From Candidatus Methylomirabilota bacterium (GTDB lineage: Bacteria > Methylomirabilota > Methylomirabilia > Rokubacteriales > CSP1-6), in contig JBKPBU010000339.1 of assembly GCA_046727015.1 (NCBI GenBank), forward strand, positions 1 through 48,544: a DNA stretch of 48,544 bases, written 5' to 3'. Both the position numbers and the translations under genes were made by a program. Shown here one piece after another: positions 45,720 through 48,544 of the stretch. The notes beneath the pieces are model-generated. The model had not been told where the DNA came from. It saw only the letters and a program-made list of their open reading frames with translations, and did not search any database. Each line of letters begins with the position of its first letter. Positions within the stretch are counted from its first letter, which is position 1.

Positions 45720-48544
45720 GCCGGCACCACACGGTCGTAGAGCGCGCGCACCCAGGCGGTGCGCCGCTTGTACGCCTCGAGGAACTCCTTGCGCGACGGG
45801 TACTCGAGGCTCTTGGCCAGGCGTGCGGGTATGGGGCCCGCCGGCTCCAGCGTGTCGGCGGGCCGCGCGCCGAAGAGCCGCAGGTCCGCCGACACTCGGC
45901 GGAGGAAACGGTAGTGCTCCGCGAGCGTCTCCGCGTCGTCGGGCGGCAGGAGGCCGGCCCTGCCGATGTGGCCGAGCGCGGTCACGGTATGGGGGCTCGT
46001 GATGGCCGGATGCCGCCTCCCGTGCGTCATCTGGATGGCCTGGGCGATGAACTCCACGTCCACCAGCCCCCCGCGACCGAACTTGACGTGGAGCCGTCCC
46101 GGCGTCTCCTTGCCGAGCTCCTTTTCCATCCGGCCGCGCAGCTCGCGCATCTCCTTGAGGTCGGGCGGCGGTGCATCCGGCCCATGGACGAGGGCGCGGA
46201 TCTCCCGCCTCACCGCGCGACCGAGCCGGCCGTCACCGCCCACGAGCCGTGCGCGGGTGAGAGTCTGGCGCTCCCACGGGTCCGCCCACTCGCGGTAGTA
46301 CTGGCCGAGCGCCTCGACACTGGACGCGAAGCCGCTGCCCTTGGAGCCTGGGCGGAGACGGAGGTCCACGGGCACGACGACGCCGGCCGCCGTCACGTCA
46401 CCCAGGATCGACGAGAGCGCCTCCACGGCCCGATCGTAGAACACATGAGCCTCGACCCGCTCGGATCCGTCCGTCTCCCCTGCCCCGCCATACACGACGA
46501 AAAGATCGAGGTCGGAGCCCGTCGACAGCTCGCGCCCGCCGAACTTGCCCAGGCCGATGATGCACGCGGGGATCAAACGGCCCGCGGCGTCCCGCGGCAC
46601 GCCGAAGGCCTCGGCCGTCTCGCCGAGGGCCATCAGCCACCCGGCTCCCAGCGCCGCCTCGGCGAGCGCCGTCATCTCGCGCGAGAAGCTCTCGGCATCC
46701 GTGACGCCCAGGAGCATCCTCCAGGTGATCCCGAGCTCCTCGGCCTGCTTGAGCCGGCGCAGCCGGTCCATCCGCTCGGGCAGCATGAGCCGCGGTCCCA
46801 GCGCCGGCGCCAAGGCCCGTCTGAACTCGGCGCGGCGGCGAGGAGCCGCGAAGGTCACCGGGTCAGCAAGGCCCGTCAGCAGCTCCGGCTGAGTCAGCAG
46901 GAGCTGAGTCAGGAGCTCGCCCCGGGCGCAGAGCTTGACCAGATTGGCGAGGAGGTCCGGGTGCCCGGCCAGCAGCTCGAGGTAGGCCGTGCGCGGGCCG
47001 GTGGCGGCCACGAAGCGCTCGAACTGGTTGAGCGCCTCGTCGGGGTCGGGGCTCTGCCAGAGCGCGTCGAGCAGCACGGGGAAGATCGCGTGGAGCGCGC
47101 GGCGCAGCGGCTCGGCGTACGGGACGAGCGGCCGTCCCTCGAGGACCAGTCGCAGGTTCTCGCGGGCGCGGTCGGGGTCGGCGAAGCCGGTCGCCTTGAG
47201 CGCGGTGTAGGTCGGGATGCGGGGCGCGGGCGCCCGCGCCTTGGGCGGGGCGGCGAAGAAATCGCTGAAAGCCCCGTGCACGCCGCGAGTCACGCGGCGG
47301 TATTCGGCCTCGAAGCCGCGCCGCGCGGCGACGGGCACCGCGGTGCTCCCGAGCCGGCGGGCGAGGCGCGCGAGGGCAGCCGGCTCCTCGGGCAGCGTGT
47401 GGGTCTGGAACTCGTCGACGATCTGGAGGCGGTGCTCGACCGTTCTCAGGAAGCGAAGCGCCTCGCCGAGGAAGCGCCCGAGCGACTGCGGCAGGTAGCC
47501 GCGCTCGGTCAGGCGGAAGATGGCGCGCAGGCTGTTCCGCTCGCGGAGCCACGGATCGTCCCCCGAGTAGAGGAGCTGGAGTGCCTGGACCAGGAACTCG
47601 ACCTCGCGGATGCCGCCCACGCCCAGCTTGACGTGGCGCCGCTGGACGCCCTTGGCGCGAAGGGACTTGTCGATCTGCGCCTTCATGCCGCGCACCTCGG
47701 CGACGATCTCGGGATCGAGCCCGGGGCGGAATACGAAGGGGCGGACGAGGTCGAAGAAGCGCGCGGCCACGCCCGGGTCGCCCGCGCAGAAGCGTGCCTT
47801 GATCAGCGCCTGCCGCTCCCACAGCTCCGCCCGCTCCTCGAGGTACCCGCGGTAACCGTCGAGCGAGAGGATGACGCCACCTGACCGCCCCTCGGGACGG
47901 AGGCGCAGGTCCACGCGGAAGGCATAGCCCTCGTCGGTTACGGACTCGAGCGCTTCCACGATGGCCCTCGCGCCGCGGGCGAAGTAGTCGCCGTTCGGCA
48001 CGCGCCCCTCGGAGCCGCCCGTGGTCAGGCCGTCGTCGCCGTACACGAAGATGAGGTCGATGTCGGAGGAGTAGTTCAGCTCGTCGCCGCCAAGCTTGCC
48101 CATGCCGATCACGGCGAGGCCGGTGGGGGTCCCGTCCTCCGCCCGCGGCTCCCCGTACCGTCGCCGCAGGTCCTCCTCGGCCAGGCGCCACGCCGCCCCG
48201 AGGCAGACATCGGCCAGCCGCGAGAGCTCTTCGGTGGTGACGGTGAGGTCGGCGTCGCCCAGGATGTCGCGACACCCGATGCGGAGAAGCTGGCGGTACT
48301 TGAAGCGGCGGAGCGCGTTCCAGCGCGCTTCGGGACGGTCGAAGGCTCGAACGCTCTGCTCGAGCTCGGTCTCGAGCTCGTCGGCGAGCCACTGCCGCAT
48401 GGTGTCGGGCTCGAGGAGCCACAGCAGCAGCGTGGGCCGGCGTCTCAGCGTGTCGGCCAGGAACTGGCTCGTGCCCCCGAGCTTCGCCAGGAGGTGGAGC
48501 GCGCCCGGGTGAGTCTCCAGCAGCCGGAACAAGGCGGCGCGCTC
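45716..48544 (-). CDS. glnE: Bifunctional glutamine-synthetase adenylyltransferase/adenylyl-removing enzyme, 5' end beyond window
   Basis: Two nucleotidyltransferase modules (GMGKLGGDELNYSSDIDLIFVY and GLGKFGGRELSTGSDLDLFVVY). The frame stays open to the window edge upstream of the track's TTG start at 48532. Confidence 0.9.
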   Translation of the reverse strand, partial: ERAALFRLLETHPGALHLLAKLGGTSQFLADTLRRRPTLLLWLLEPDTMRQWLADELETELEQSVRAFDRPEARWNALRRFKYRQLLRIGCRDILGDADLTVTTEELSRLADVCLGAAWRLAEEDLRRRYGEPRAEDGTPTGLAVIGMGKLGGDELNYSSDIDLIFVYGDDGLTTGGSEGRVPNGDYFARGARAIVEALESVTDEGYAFRVDLRLRPEGRSGGVILSLDGYRGYLEERAELWERQALIKARFCAGDPGVAARFFDLVRPFVFRPGLDPEIVAEVRGMKAQIDKSLRAKGVQRRHVKLGVGGIREVEFLVQALQLLYSGDDPWLRERNSLRAIFRLTERGYLPQSLGRFLGEALRFLRTVEHRLQIVDEFQTHTLPEEPAALARLARRLGSTAVPVAARRGFEAEYRRVTRGVHGAFSDFFAAPPKARAPAPRIPTYTALKATGFADPDRARENLRLVLEGRPLVPYAEPLRRALHAIFPVLLDALWQSPDPDEALNQFERFVAATGPRTAYLELLAGHPDLLANLVKLCARGELLTQLLLTQPELLTGLADPVTFAAPRRRAEFRRALAPALGPRLMLPERMDRLRRLKQAEELGITWRMLLGVTDAESFSREMTALAEAALGAGWLMALGETAEAFGVPRDAAGRLIPACIIGLGKFGGRELSTGSDLDLFVVYGGAGETDGSERVEAHVFYDRAVEALSSILGDVTAAGVVVPVDLRLRPGSKGSGFASSVEALGQYYREWADPWERQTLTRARLVGGDGRLGRAVRREIRALVHGPDAPPPDLKEMRELRGRMEKELGKETPGRLHVKFGRGGLVDVEFIAQAIQMTHGRRHPAITSPHTVTALGHIGRAGLLPPDDAETLAEHYRFLRRVSADLRLFGARPADTLEPAGPIPARLAKSLEYPSRKEFLEAYKRRTAWVRALYDRVVPA

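Overview
48.5-kb window of a very GC-rich, apparently diderm bacterial chromosome (LolA, HtrA and an OMP-like barrel are present). It is almost fully coding, with about 45 genes, mostly housekeeping. All protein calls come from reading motifs in the supplied translations; no BLAST or HMM search was run.

Gene content:
- Plus-strand block: GntR regulator (5' truncated), HAD hydrolase, rarA, MFS transporter, ddl, a pilin-like ORF, murG.
- Divergent polyamine module: speH-speE-maf on the minus strand, pdaD-speB plus two methyltransferases on the plus strand.
- Minus-strand run rimO-pgpA-cinA-thpR-recA-pilT-recX-alaS.
- That run continues into an uncharacterised six-gene biosynthetic operon: HAD, nucleotidyltransferase, ATP-grasp, class-III aminotransferase, Gfo/Idh/MocA oxidoreductase, CDP-alcohol phosphatidyltransferase.
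- A copper-related trio: His-rich protein, OM barrel, CopC.
- A second minus-strand run: glnE (5' truncated), polA, coaE, rsmA, rnj, ftsK, lolA, yajQ, htrA.

I see no rRNA, tRNA, CRISPR array, transposase, prophage or recognisable defence island.

Most noteworthy:
1. A family of 125-185-bp hairpin-forming intergenic repeats (four full copies and one fragment). They have about 20-bp terminal inverted repeats, and their arms differ between copies but stay complementary within each copy.
2. The six-gene operon, which looks like a pathway for an aminated, CDP-activated head group or solute.
3. A 434-aa LAGLIDADG intein in the ATGRLS/SS motif of DNA polymerase I.
4. pilT wedged between recA and recX.

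Many long ORFs in the track are GC-driven shadow frames and are rejected. Several start codons were re-assigned from the track, mostly to GTGA/ATGA stop-start overlaps.
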